Shown piece by piece: positions 24,252-32,000 of a stretch of 32,000 bases of DNA. Where the stretch lies: NCBI GenBank assembly GCA_047651235.1, contig CP178758.1, forward strand, positions 30,001-62,000. Reading direction: 5' to 3'. The stretch comes from Candidatus Electrothrix yaqonensis. Its GTDB lineage: Bacteria; Desulfobacterota; Desulfobulbia; Desulfobulbales; Desulfobulbaceae. The position numbers and the translations under genes are program-made. Positions within the stretch are counted from its first letter, which is position 1. Every line of letters starts with the position of its first letter. The notes beneath the pieces were generated by a model. It saw only the letters and a list, made by a program, of their open reading frames with translations. It made no database searches and was not told the origin of the DNA.

Positions 24252-24908
24252 CTATTCGTTCCACCCATACGCGCCGATCAGATTCACAAAACGTACCTGA
24301 CCGATAGAATGCACCTGAATTTTTCCGTCCCGTTTGAGCAGAAGCTGCAGCTCCTGTTCCTCCTGATTTCCCACCGGAATGACCAGTCTTCCTGGGTCGG
24401 CCAATTGTTCAATCAATGGTTGAGGAATTTCCGGCCCGCCTGCGGTGACCAGAACGGCATCAAAAGGAGCCTCGTCAGGCCAGCCAACAGTGCCGTCATC
24501 AATGCAGGAGATAATATTATGATAACGCAGCCGGTCAAAAACCTTTCGAGCCCTGCCGAGCAGGGAATGGATGCGTTCCACCGTATAGACCCGCTCACAG
24601 AGCCGGGAAAGCACCGCAGCCTGATACCCGGATCCGGTACCGATCTCCAGCACCCGTTCATGCCCTCTGAGCTGCATGGCCTGGGTCATCAGGGCGACGA
24701 TATAGGGCTGGGAGATGGTCTGATTGAAACCGATGGGCAGGGGATGATCGCCATAGGCTTTTGCCTGCATGGCATCTTCAACAAATTTATGCCTCGGTAT
24801 CTCACTCATAGCCTGCAGGGTCACGGGATCCTGAATTCCCTGCCGGACAAGCAGTTCCACCATCCGCTGCCGATGGATGACAAAGGAAGAATGCGCTGCC
24901 GAATTCAC
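24252..24908 (-). CDS. pcm: protein-L-isoaspartate O-methyltransferase
   Basis: [21 protein letters not shown] and [15 protein letters not shown] motifs are present; 218 aa. Confidence 0.92.
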   Translation of the reverse strand: MNSAAHSSFVIHRQRMVELLVRQGIQDPVTLQAMSEIPRHKFVEDAMQAKAYGDHPLPIGFNQTISQPYIVALMTQAMQLRGHERVLEIGTGSGYQAAVLSRLCERVYTVERIHSLLGRARKVFDRLRYHNIISCIDDGTVGWPDEAPFDAVLVTAGGPEIPQPLIEQLADPGRLVIPVGNQEEQELQLLLKRDGKIQVHSIGQVRFVNLIGAYGWNE

Positions 24909-25282
24909 TGCAGATCATCCCCGGTAATATCCTCGGCCCAGTCCATATCGTCTTCTTTCCGGATGAGAAAATCACAGCCGGTGACCACGCCGTCATCCAG
25001 GGTAACCCGGATCATCTCATAGCTCTCCGGATCAATCCATTTGCCGACCAGCGGCATATTTCCGAATGTTCCCTTTCGTTCCTGATAATAGATATATTCC
25101 TCCGCACCGGGAGAAAGAGTACGACGGCTGTCGGGTGGGCCCAGATAACGCAGCACCTCCTGGCGGGTGGACTCACCCGTTTTGATCAGCGCCGCATCCG
25201 ACGCCAGATGGCGGACCGGTTTGGACGAGCAGCCGGCAATGAAGCAAAGCACAGCAAGCATTAAAACGATCATGCGCTGCAT
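24905..25282 (-). CDS. lipoprotein, BamE/SmpA-OmlA-like
   Basis: It has a lipobox (LCFIAGC-SS), and [16 protein letters not shown] resembles the BamE motif. 125 aa. Confidence 0.6.
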   Translation of the reverse strand: MQRMIVLMLAVLCFIAGCSSKPVRHLASDAALIKTGESTRQEVLRYLGPPDSRRTLSPGAEEYIYYQERKGTFGNMPLVGKWIDPESYEMIRVTLDDGVVTGCDFLIRKEDDMDWAEDITGDDLQ

Positions 25283-25562
25283 GAATAATACCCTCCGCAG
25301 GAAAAATCTCAGTACTTCAGTATAATAGAAAGCAGAAAGAAAAAAGTAACAGTCAACAGCAGGGCTATTCTACACGCTGCAGCACAAACCTTCAACCTGA
25401 AGCTGGCTCGACAGTCTGTGCGGGTCTGTGCCACCTGATGACTTCATTGACCGCCGGATCGAAAGCACAAAGAATGATAATGCAGTCAATGATCGATACC
25501 TCCGAGATTGCGGATGGTCCGGCGCTGTCGCCTCTGGTTTTAATACAAAACGCATGATAATA

Positions 25563-26600
25563 TTATCTTGGGCAAGGTGTCTGCTTTTTCTGAATTTTTT
25601 CAAATTCCTTCTTGAAGCAGCCCCACTCCTGCCGGTCCATTTCCCACCCGCAGTAAATCGCGACACCAGCGTAGTTCTTTGGCAGGGACCTGTATCTGCT
25701 CAGTCCTGCATGAATTCCCGACAGGGCATTCTGCAGGTTCTCTGCTTTTGGAAAATGGTAGCCGACTCCGGCATCGTCGTAAACGGGGATACCAAGGAGA
25801 ACTTGCGTGTCTCCGGACCACTCCAGAACATCCGAGGTCCAGGAGGACATAAGATGTCGATAGAACTTCGCCCACCTGATGGCCGTGTCGTACATCATTG
25901 GAGCAAGCTGATCGACTCGACGGGCAACTTGCCGGAAGTAATCCTCATCCCAGTGAACATCGGGGATGGGATGCCACCGCGTAGGTGGCGGGTATGCCGC
26001 CACAGAGATGATCTTCCCGGCAGGAATTGCCTGCCGGAGTTCATCCAGAAGAATCAGGAAGTCAGCGTTACCTGTCGGCATCGGCTCGATATTGATCTGA
26101 ACTCCGGCGAGGCGCGGGTGGGACTGCAGGAGATCAACCACTGAGGAAACAAAGTTGGTTCTCCACTGAGGGGATTCCGGGGCGCACTGGATGTCGAGAA
26201 CCCCGCCGATCCACGGGATAACCTGAAAGTCTGCAAAGTGATCAAGGAATCGTTCTGTCTGCACCGGATCAACAGGAGCAATGCTCCCTCCGGGATTACA
26301 GGGGCAGACATGCGGAAAGACGTACTTCACGCCGTGGCCTTCAAGGAGATCGGCAAGATTCTGCATCCTCTGGTCGTTCCGAAAGAGAGCTTTGTCTTTC
26401 CGATTGTGCTTGAACCACAGATCATCACCGAGCCAGCCATGCTGAAGCCAGATTCCGTTGGAACGGAGATCATGTCTGCCGTCACGAACGGTCTTGCCCG
26501 GAGACCAGAGATGATAGCCCGGCACTGTCACGCCAAGGACGGCGATCAATAAAACGAGTGTGCGCCACGGCGGACGCTTGAGGTGTTGCCATATTTTCAT
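25563..26600 (-). CDS. hypothetical membrane-anchored protein (possibly a glycoside-hydrolase-like TIM-barrel fold)
   Basis: A 345 aa ORF with an N-terminal TM segment and GC-typical codon usage. The functional guess is weak. Confidence 0.7.
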   Translation of the reverse strand: MKIWQHLKRPPWRTLVLLIAVLGVTVPGYHLWSPGKTVRDGRHDLRSNGIWLQHGWLGDDLWFKHNRKDKALFRNDQRMQNLADLLEGHGVKYVFPHVCPCNPGGSIAPVDPVQTERFLDHFADFQVIPWIGGVLDIQCAPESPQWRTNFVSSVVDLLQSHPRLAGVQINIEPMPTGNADFLILLDELRQAIPAGKIISVAAYPPPTRWHPIPDVHWDEDYFRQVARRVDQLAPMMYDTAIRWAKFYRHLMSSWTSDVLEWSGDTQVLLGIPVYDDAGVGYHFPKAENLQNALSGIHAGLSRYRSLPKNYAGVAIYCGWEMDRQEWGCFKKEFEKIQKKQTPCPR

Positions 26601-26658
26601 TTATTCCTATCCGCCTGTCAAGTATTGCCGGGTCGTCGGGAAGCGGATTCTCTCCTTT

Positions 26659-27243
26659 TCAAGAAGGCAGGCCAAGACGGCTTTTCGCTTCAGATTCCGT
26701 CATCCCGGAATCGACCAAGGTCTGGATTGCCTTGGACAATGCCTTATCCTTTTCCGCTAAAACTTTGCTTTGTTCCTCAATAATCTTTTCTTTCTTTAAG
26801 ACGGCCCGTTCCAAGGATTCCAGTTCATCAAGGATATCGTCTTCCAGATCCATTGTCTCGCAGATATCCTCTTCCACCGCAGCCTTGAGCAGGCGGCGGA
26901 TGACGATACGAAACTCTTCGGGATAAGTCTCCTCATTCAGGTCGAGGAAATGTCGGTTATTGGGCGTCTGCTGGCTTTGGTCAAAGATGCTGAGGAGGAT
27001 CTCCAATTCCTCCTGGGTGACGGCATCGATATAGCTGCGCTGCACCTTGACCACCGGGCTTTCGGTATGCTGCAGAGGGTGTCCGGTGAGGTTCAGGCCG
27101 ATCTTTTTCCGGAACTCGGTGGGCTTGAACTCCAGGGTTTCGATTTCCTGATCAAGGATTTTGGAGAGGATCAGTTTGGCGATACGCATATCGCCCATCA
27201 GGAACTTGAAAACAACGTCGTATATGGGGTTGGCTACTCGCAT
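26659..27243 (-). CDS. Rpn/PD-(D/E)XK-family putative transposase-like protein, shortened (nuclease core apparently missing)
   Basis: The N-terminal NPIYDVVFKFLMGD..AKLILSKIL and the C-terminal ...TLVDSGMTESEAKSRLGL match the family ends. At 194 aa it is short for the family, and I see no D..E.Q core. Confidence 0.5.
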   Translation of the reverse strand: MRVANPIYDVVFKFLMGDMRIAKLILSKILDQEIETLEFKPTEFRKKIGLNLTGHPLQHTESPVVKVQRSYIDAVTQEELEILLSIFDQSQQTPNNRHFLDLNEETYPEEFRIVIRRLLKAAVEEDICETMDLEDDILDELESLERAVLKKEKIIEEQSKVLAEKDKALSKAIQTLVDSGMTESEAKSRLGLPS

Positions 27244-27534
27244 GATCGACCGGATTGTCTGGTGTGTCTTTGGGAGTTGGAGGATGGTATTGGTTGACGA
27301 ACCATCAGGCAGATGCAGTATACTCTGTAATCAGGGAGGGTTCAATTGGGAGTTGCTTACTTCTACTTTGTCAACCATAACCTTTTGATCTATTTGTAAA
27401 AACTTCTTGCAATATCCGGATAAAGTTGTATCTTTCATTAGGAAGATTTTATCGCTTTTTGATCAAGCTAGCACCTGATAACAGCTATCAAAAAAATACC
27501 CGTCAATCGCCCTGATTATAACTTTATTCTTTTT

Positions 27535-28346
27535 ATGAACGCTCCCAGCCCCGAAAAAAGAAGTCCCCATGACAAATTCTTTGAGTTGACCGGCATCGCC
27601 CGGCAACTTACGTCTTTTCACGAAAGATATCATCATTTTTTTAAGAGACATACGGTAAGTTTGTCAGATAAAGCATTCCAATACTTGAAAGGTTTATTCC
27701 AGTCTGACAAAAAAACATGGAACGTATGGAGGAAAAGGTTCCGGGCGTTAAATATGAGCCCCTCCAGTATTTTCTTTCCGAATCGAACTGGGATTGGCGT
27801 CCTGTAAACAACCACGTAGCTAAAGATGCGGATAACATTTTTGGAGGAAAGGAAGATAGCGCTCTTTTAATTGATGAATCCGGGATACCCAAAAAGGGTA
27901 AAATGTCTGTTGGGGTTTCTCGTCAATGGTGCGGGCAGCTTGGTAAAACCGACAACTGTCAAGTAGTAGTGTTTGCAACTTTGGGATATGGTCGCTTTTC
28001 AACGCCGATCGACTGTCGGCTGTATTTACCGAAAAGCTGGACGGATGACAAGGAACGTTGTCTTAAGGCTAAGGCTCGGGGATGGCTGGCTTGGCATCAT
28101 CATATGACTATGGTCATGATGGCCATGTTGTTTATGGTCGAGCAACGATTATACCATCAAGTCGGTGTCCCGTTATTGAGTTGCGCTGATATAACAACAT
28201 TACTCAAGTCAATTCTTCCACGTCGAGATGTAAACGAAGATGAAGTTATAAGACAGCTTTGTCAACGGCATGAAAAGAGGCAAGCTTCGATTGATTTCGC
28301 ATATGAGAAACAACGGAATTGCAAATTATTACCACAGCCTTTGTGA
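27535..28346 (+). pseudogene. IS701-type (IS4-superfamily DDE) transposase pseudogene
   Basis: FHERYHHFFKRHTVSLSDKAFQYLKGLFQSDKK is in one frame. NMERMEEKVPGVKYEPLQYFLSESNWDW...LLIDESGIPKKGKMSVGVSRQWCGQLGKTDNCQV is in another, with the shift at an A7 run (27708-27714). After ...ERCLKAKA the sequence jumps to the C-terminal WHHHMTMVMMAMLFM region, which indicates an internal deletion. Confidence 0.75.
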
Positions 28347-29311
28347 GTGCCAAAGTAGAAATATAAAACTTCTGCGTTCTATTTGCCAGTATTTTTTAAG
28401 AAACAGGTAGGGAAAATATCACGTAGTGCCTCTATGTAGTAATAAATAATATATACTGAGTGTTTGAATCTTTTTCAGGAAATCTATCGGAGGGAAGGGG
28501 GACACGGTTGTGCGTGTCAGAAACAGAATAACCGTCATCTCCTCCGAACCGGGTGATGAGTTTGAAGAAAATGAAGGTTATTTCTGGAGGGGGAGGCGGA
28601 TTGCGCTTACTTGCTGGCCGCCCTATGATGAAAATCTTCCAGAATTCCCAGTTGCTTCTCTAAGAAGCTGTTTTAAAAACCTCGCCGGAACTGCGGCCCC
28701 TCGCGGGATGTCTCTCGGCGGGCATTTCTGCAGATAGTTGATTTCAGATGGGATCATCCGCTTCAGAAGCTGTTTGAAAAACATGCTTCTAACTTTTCCA
28801 CTGAAGCAAGAACGATCACAGGCAGAGCGGCTTATTTTCACAATATTCTCTACGTACAATCTGAGTTTATCAATCCATGCCACCTACTTGTCCCCAAAAT
28901 CTGGTTGATAGCGGCTTGAGCTCGCTCAACATCTCTCTTGTACCCTGTGCCGATCCAGTTCCCAACATCAGTTGGGAAAAAAAAGTTTATCGAGAATCAG
29001 TACAGGAATCACAGCCGGAAAAAAAGGACTCCTGGTAGGCAACTGGCTGTTATCTCTGAAACCGGACGAAATCATTGTTCCAGAGGAAAGTACAGGGACT
29101 GCTGTTGTACTGCTGCGGGAAGCAGGGGTGGAAATCCGTTCCGCAGCAGCATGATACGGAATACAGTGTTGATTCCTGCTTGTCTTTAGGCACGGGACAT
29201 GATATTTTAGTCTATATCTATATCCTTAGACATTAGAATTTTTAGCCGGTTCCGTTCACAGAGCACCATAGCACTCCGTTCACCAGCTTACACAGACAGG
29301 ACCTGTACAGT

Positions 29312-30532
29312 ATGACCGACGTTACCCCGAACAGAAAGGGTCGACATACATCGTCAAGAAAAGAATTTTTCTTTACAAAATCACAGATTGTAGCAGGTCA
29401 GGTCCCGTATGAGAAAAGTTCGCCCATCTATTCTCTGCTGAACGAGCAGAAGTTCGGCCATATTCCTATAGACGAACATAGGGAGATTGACCGGGAAGAG
29501 CTGCTGGGCTACCGGAGAACCGTAGCCGGTCTGGAATGGCTGCTCCTGCTTCTGGTTCTTCTCTGTACCAACCTGCCCTGGGTGAATGTTCCGGACCCTA
29601 TGCTGCTGCATGCAGCGATGGCGGCTTTCTCCGCCTTTATCTGCGTTGTTCATTACATCTGGCGCAGCCATGACGGGGAACGCTGGAAGCTCAGCCTGAA
29701 TATGTGGGGCATGATCCTGTTCATTACCATCGTCGTCCGGGAAACCGGCTCCTTGGCCAGTCCGCTGCTGCCCCTATATTTTATCGTTATTATGTTCGCA
29801 GGTACAACCCTGGGAACCCTGTCAACCGTGCTGGCAGCATCGCTGACAACTGTCTGTTATTGTTTTCTCGGTGCTGCGGAAACCGGCTTTTTTCTTGATG
29901 AAGAGAATAAATTTCAGCTCCGGCATCTGTCCGGGCCGATTATCCAGCTCTTTCTGGTCTGGCTGCTTGCCTATTTTGTCTCGCTTATTGCCAGAGAGAC
30001 AGACAGAACCAAGGATAAAATCCGGCAGTTGTCCCGGACAGACCAGCTGACCGGTCTGTGGAACATGAAGATGCTGCTGATTTTCATGCAGCGGGAATAT
30101 CAGCGGATCCTTGCCAAGACCGGAAAATTTTCTGTTTTAATGATTGATGCCGACAGCCTCAAAGCGGTCAATGATGCCTACGGCCATCATGCCGGGACCA
30201 TGCTGATCGTTTTTATCTCTGAGACCATGCGTACAGAGCTGCGGGAGGAGGATATGCTGGCCAGATTCGGGGGTGATGAGTTCGTGGCCTTTCTCCCTGA
30301 CACTGACTGTCAGAAAGCCTGGAAAATTGCTGAAAAAATGCGGCTCAAGATAGCGGAAGCACCGCTGAACTATGAAGGACACCCGGTCAGCATAACCGTG
30401 AGCTGCGGTATCGCCTGCTTCCCGCAGCATGGCCGGAACCTGACCCAGATTATGAAAATGGCGGATAAAGCACTGTACACCAGCAAGGGATACGGAAAAA
30501 ACCGCTGCACCATTTATGAGCCGACGGAATAA
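29312..30532 (+). CDS. membrane-bound diguanylate cyclase (GGDEF domain)
   Basis: An N-terminal multi-TM region is followed by DQLTGLWN...MIDADSLKAVNDAYGHHAG...RFGGDEFVAFL (GGDEF). Confidence 0.9.
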   Translation: MTDVTPNRKGRHTSSRKEFFFTKSQIVAGQVPYEKSSPIYSLLNEQKFGHIPIDEHREIDREELLGYRRTVAGLEWLLLLLVLLCTNLPWVNVPDPMLLHAAMAAFSAFICVVHYIWRSHDGERWKLSLNMWGMILFITIVVRETGSLASPLLPLYFIVIMFAGTTLGTLSTVLAASLTTVCYCFLGAAETGFFLDEENKFQLRHLSGPIIQLFLVWLLAYFVSLIARETDRTKDKIRQLSRTDQLTGLWNMKMLLIFMQREYQRILAKTGKFSVLMIDADSLKAVNDAYGHHAGTMLIVFISETMRTELREEDMLARFGGDEFVAFLPDTDCQKAWKIAEKMRLKIAEAPLNYEGHPVSITVSCGIACFPQHGRNLTQIMKMADKALYTSKGYGKNRCTIYEPTE

Positions 30533-30556
30533 TATATGAAAATTGTTTTGAAAAAA

Positions 30557-31693
30557 TCACGCATTAATGAATATTCTGGGAACCCGTGCGCTGATATTGG
30601 TCAGTACCTCGTAACTGATTGTTCCAAGCTGTTCAGCAAGATCATCCGCAGTGATCTGCTCTTCTCCCTGCCGACCGATGAGCACGGCCTCATCCCCGTT
30701 ATACGCTTCTCCATCACCGATGCAGATCATGACCTGATCCATGCATACCGTACCGACAACCGGATATCTCCTGCCGTGCAGCAGCACGTGACCTTTATTG
30801 GATAACCCGCGCGGGTAGCCGTCACCGTAGCCGACCGGCAGGGTAACAACTCTGCAGTTACGGGGTGCTGTCCAGGTTCTGCCGTATCCCACGGAATTTC
30901 CCTCCAGTACGACTTTAAAGTACATTACCTTTGCCCGAAAAGACAAAGCAGGCAGCAGGTGCGCTGCTGATGCGGAGTATCTGGAAGGGTGATAGCCGTA
31001 GAGCATGATGCCCGGTCTGACCATATCCAGATGACTTTCTTTCATCCGGAGAATTGCTGCGGAATTGGCAATCTGCAGCAGCGGTTTGGGGATTTGGTGC
31101 TGATCGTAGAAATGGACGGCCTCAAAGAAGCGTTCCAGCTGCAGCCGGGAAAAATGGAGGTATTCACTGTCGGCTGCTGCAAAATGGGAAAAAATCGAGA
31201 CCACATGGACATATTTTTCCGCTTTTGCGGCGGCGGCAAAGAGTTTATGGGCGTTTGCAGAGCGGATTCCTATCCGCATCATACCGGTATCAATTTTCAG
31301 ATGGATATTGACCTTTTTTTTATAAAACGAGGCAGCTTCAGAGATATACTGCAGGGCATCAAGCGAAGAAACAGTCAGATCGATATTGTTTTCTATGAAC
31401 AATCCTATCTGGAATTTTGAAAAAGGCCCGGACGTGATGATGGGCGTCGTAATCCCTGCTTTTCTCAGCTCCAATGCCTCCTCAACAAAGGCGGTGCCCA
31501 GATAATCCACTCCTTCTGCAGCCAGAAAAGCGCCGACCCGGACAAGACCGTGCCCGTAGGCATTGGCTTTGATCATAGCGACAATTTTCCTGCCCGGCGC
31601 TTTTTCCCTGACAATCCGGAGGTTATGGCGCATACAGTCCAGATCGATCACAACAGCGGAACGATGATATAAATTTCCAATGGTCGGGTGCAT
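30557..31693 (-). CDS. alr: alanine racemase
   Basis: AMIKANAYGHG is the PLP-lysine motif and VGYGDGYPR is present. The ATG at 31693 (MHPTIGNLYH...) is preferred to the ORF-track start 31825. Confidence 0.92.
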   Translation of the reverse strand: MHPTIGNLYHRSAVVIDLDCMRHNLRIVREKAPGRKIVAMIKANAYGHGLVRVGAFLAAEGVDYLGTAFVEEALELRKAGITTPIITSGPFSKFQIGLFIENNIDLTVSSLDALQYISEAASFYKKKVNIHLKIDTGMMRIGIRSANAHKLFAAAAKAEKYVHVVSIFSHFAAADSEYLHFSRLQLERFFEAVHFYDQHQIPKPLLQIANSAAILRMKESHLDMVRPGIMLYGYHPSRYSASAAHLLPALSFRAKVMYFKVVLEGNSVGYGRTWTAPRNCRVVTLPVGYGDGYPRGLSNKGHVLLHGRRYPVVGTVCMDQVMICIGDGEAYNGDEAVLIGRQGEEQITADDLAEQLGTISYEVLTNISARVPRIFINA

Positions 31694-31851
31694 AGTGTTT
31701 TTGGATTTTTTGTTCAGAAGAACGCTCTGAGTAAGGCCCTTGCACTTTGGCGGATCAGGGGTGAAGCAGGGGGAAAGGCAAATGCGTTGTCTTTTCCCTG
31801 TTACGATGGTACGTTCACGAAGCACCTTTTTAAGAAGAGCAAGGAGAACCT

Positions 31852-32000
31852 ATGGAAACCGTCATAACCTACGGCATTGTTTATCTGCTGGTCTTCAGGC
31901 TGGCCGTGCTTCTGCTGGGCGGCTTATGTATCTTTTACGGCTACCGTCTCTTTCTGGTCAGAGGGCGGGAGTCAGGTAGCGGCCCTGAACAGGGCAGTGA
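31852..32000 (+). CDS. hypothetical small membrane protein, N-terminal part (runs off the window end)
   Basis: AAGGAG lies 6 nt upstream of the ATG at 31852. METVITYGIVYLLVFRLAVLLLGGLCIFYGYRLFLV... is a hydrophobic helix. The frame stays open to the window end. Confidence 0.45.
   Translation, partial: METVITYGIVYLLVFRLAVLLLGGLCIFYGYRLFLVRGRESGSGPEQGS

Noticed and set aside
25283-25562. A 280 bp intergenic region with small hairpins (for example ggcgctgtcgcc), considered as a possible sRNA or 6S-like RNA.
   Set aside because: I could identify no convincing promoter/terminator pair and no conserved RNA motif by eye.
28510-29189. Several 60-86 aa ORFs (28510-28737 +, 28623-28883 -, 28938-29189 +, 28972-29154 +) in the gap upstream of the GGDEF gene.
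   Set aside because: They are mutually overlapping on both strands, with no RBS or recognisable motif. They may be fragments of decayed genes, but I cannot support any call.

Overview
This window is a GC-rich chromosomal segment, possibly from a Desulfobacterota-type anaerobe (a low-confidence guess from gene content). It carries ordinary housekeeping genes: a radical SAM gene fragment, ald, cbiD, cysS, nadK, eno, a Nif3/COG1579 zinc-ribbon/RNase H-like operon, tRNA-Met(CAT), a YqaA/DedA protein, pcm, a BamE-like lipoprotein, a GGDEF cyclase and alr. Several patches of decayed mobile DNA interrupt it: a diverged, internally deleted second copy of the ald 3' end, an IS5-type transposase tail, an IS701-type transposase pseudogene and a shortened Rpn/PD-(D/E)XK-like gene.

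The main feature is an 8.7 kb AT-rich block (about 11786-20488). I read it as an integron cassette array with no integrase in the window (CALIN-like). Five imperfect-palindrome attC sites of the form GCTAAC...GTTAGC sit tightly against promoterless minus-strand ORFs, and stop codons are embedded in the inverse core. The cassettes are:
- A stand-alone OLD-family ATPase-Toprim nuclease.
- A membrane-anchored LMW-PTP-like protein whose catalytic Cys and Asp are replaced.
- A 222 aa protein of unknown function.
- A compact RiPP-like cassette with two paralogous about 52-55 aa precursor-like peptides, each carrying a conserved YQNNNN motif at or near the C-terminus. An attenuator-like hairpin and a B12-binding radical SAM enzyme follow them.
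- A second cassette with a TIGR03975-like B12/radical SAM enzyme plus a 115 aa Pro/Gln/Thr-rich protein.

A 183 bp, highly structured element occurs twice with no differences that I could see by eye. Each copy is inserted exactly at a canonical AA|C (G|TT) integron crossover point, immediately upstream of one of the two radical SAM cassettes. Its central hairpin carries extended -10 boxes (TGGTATAAT) on both strands.

All family assignments come from motifs read by eye. No database search was run.
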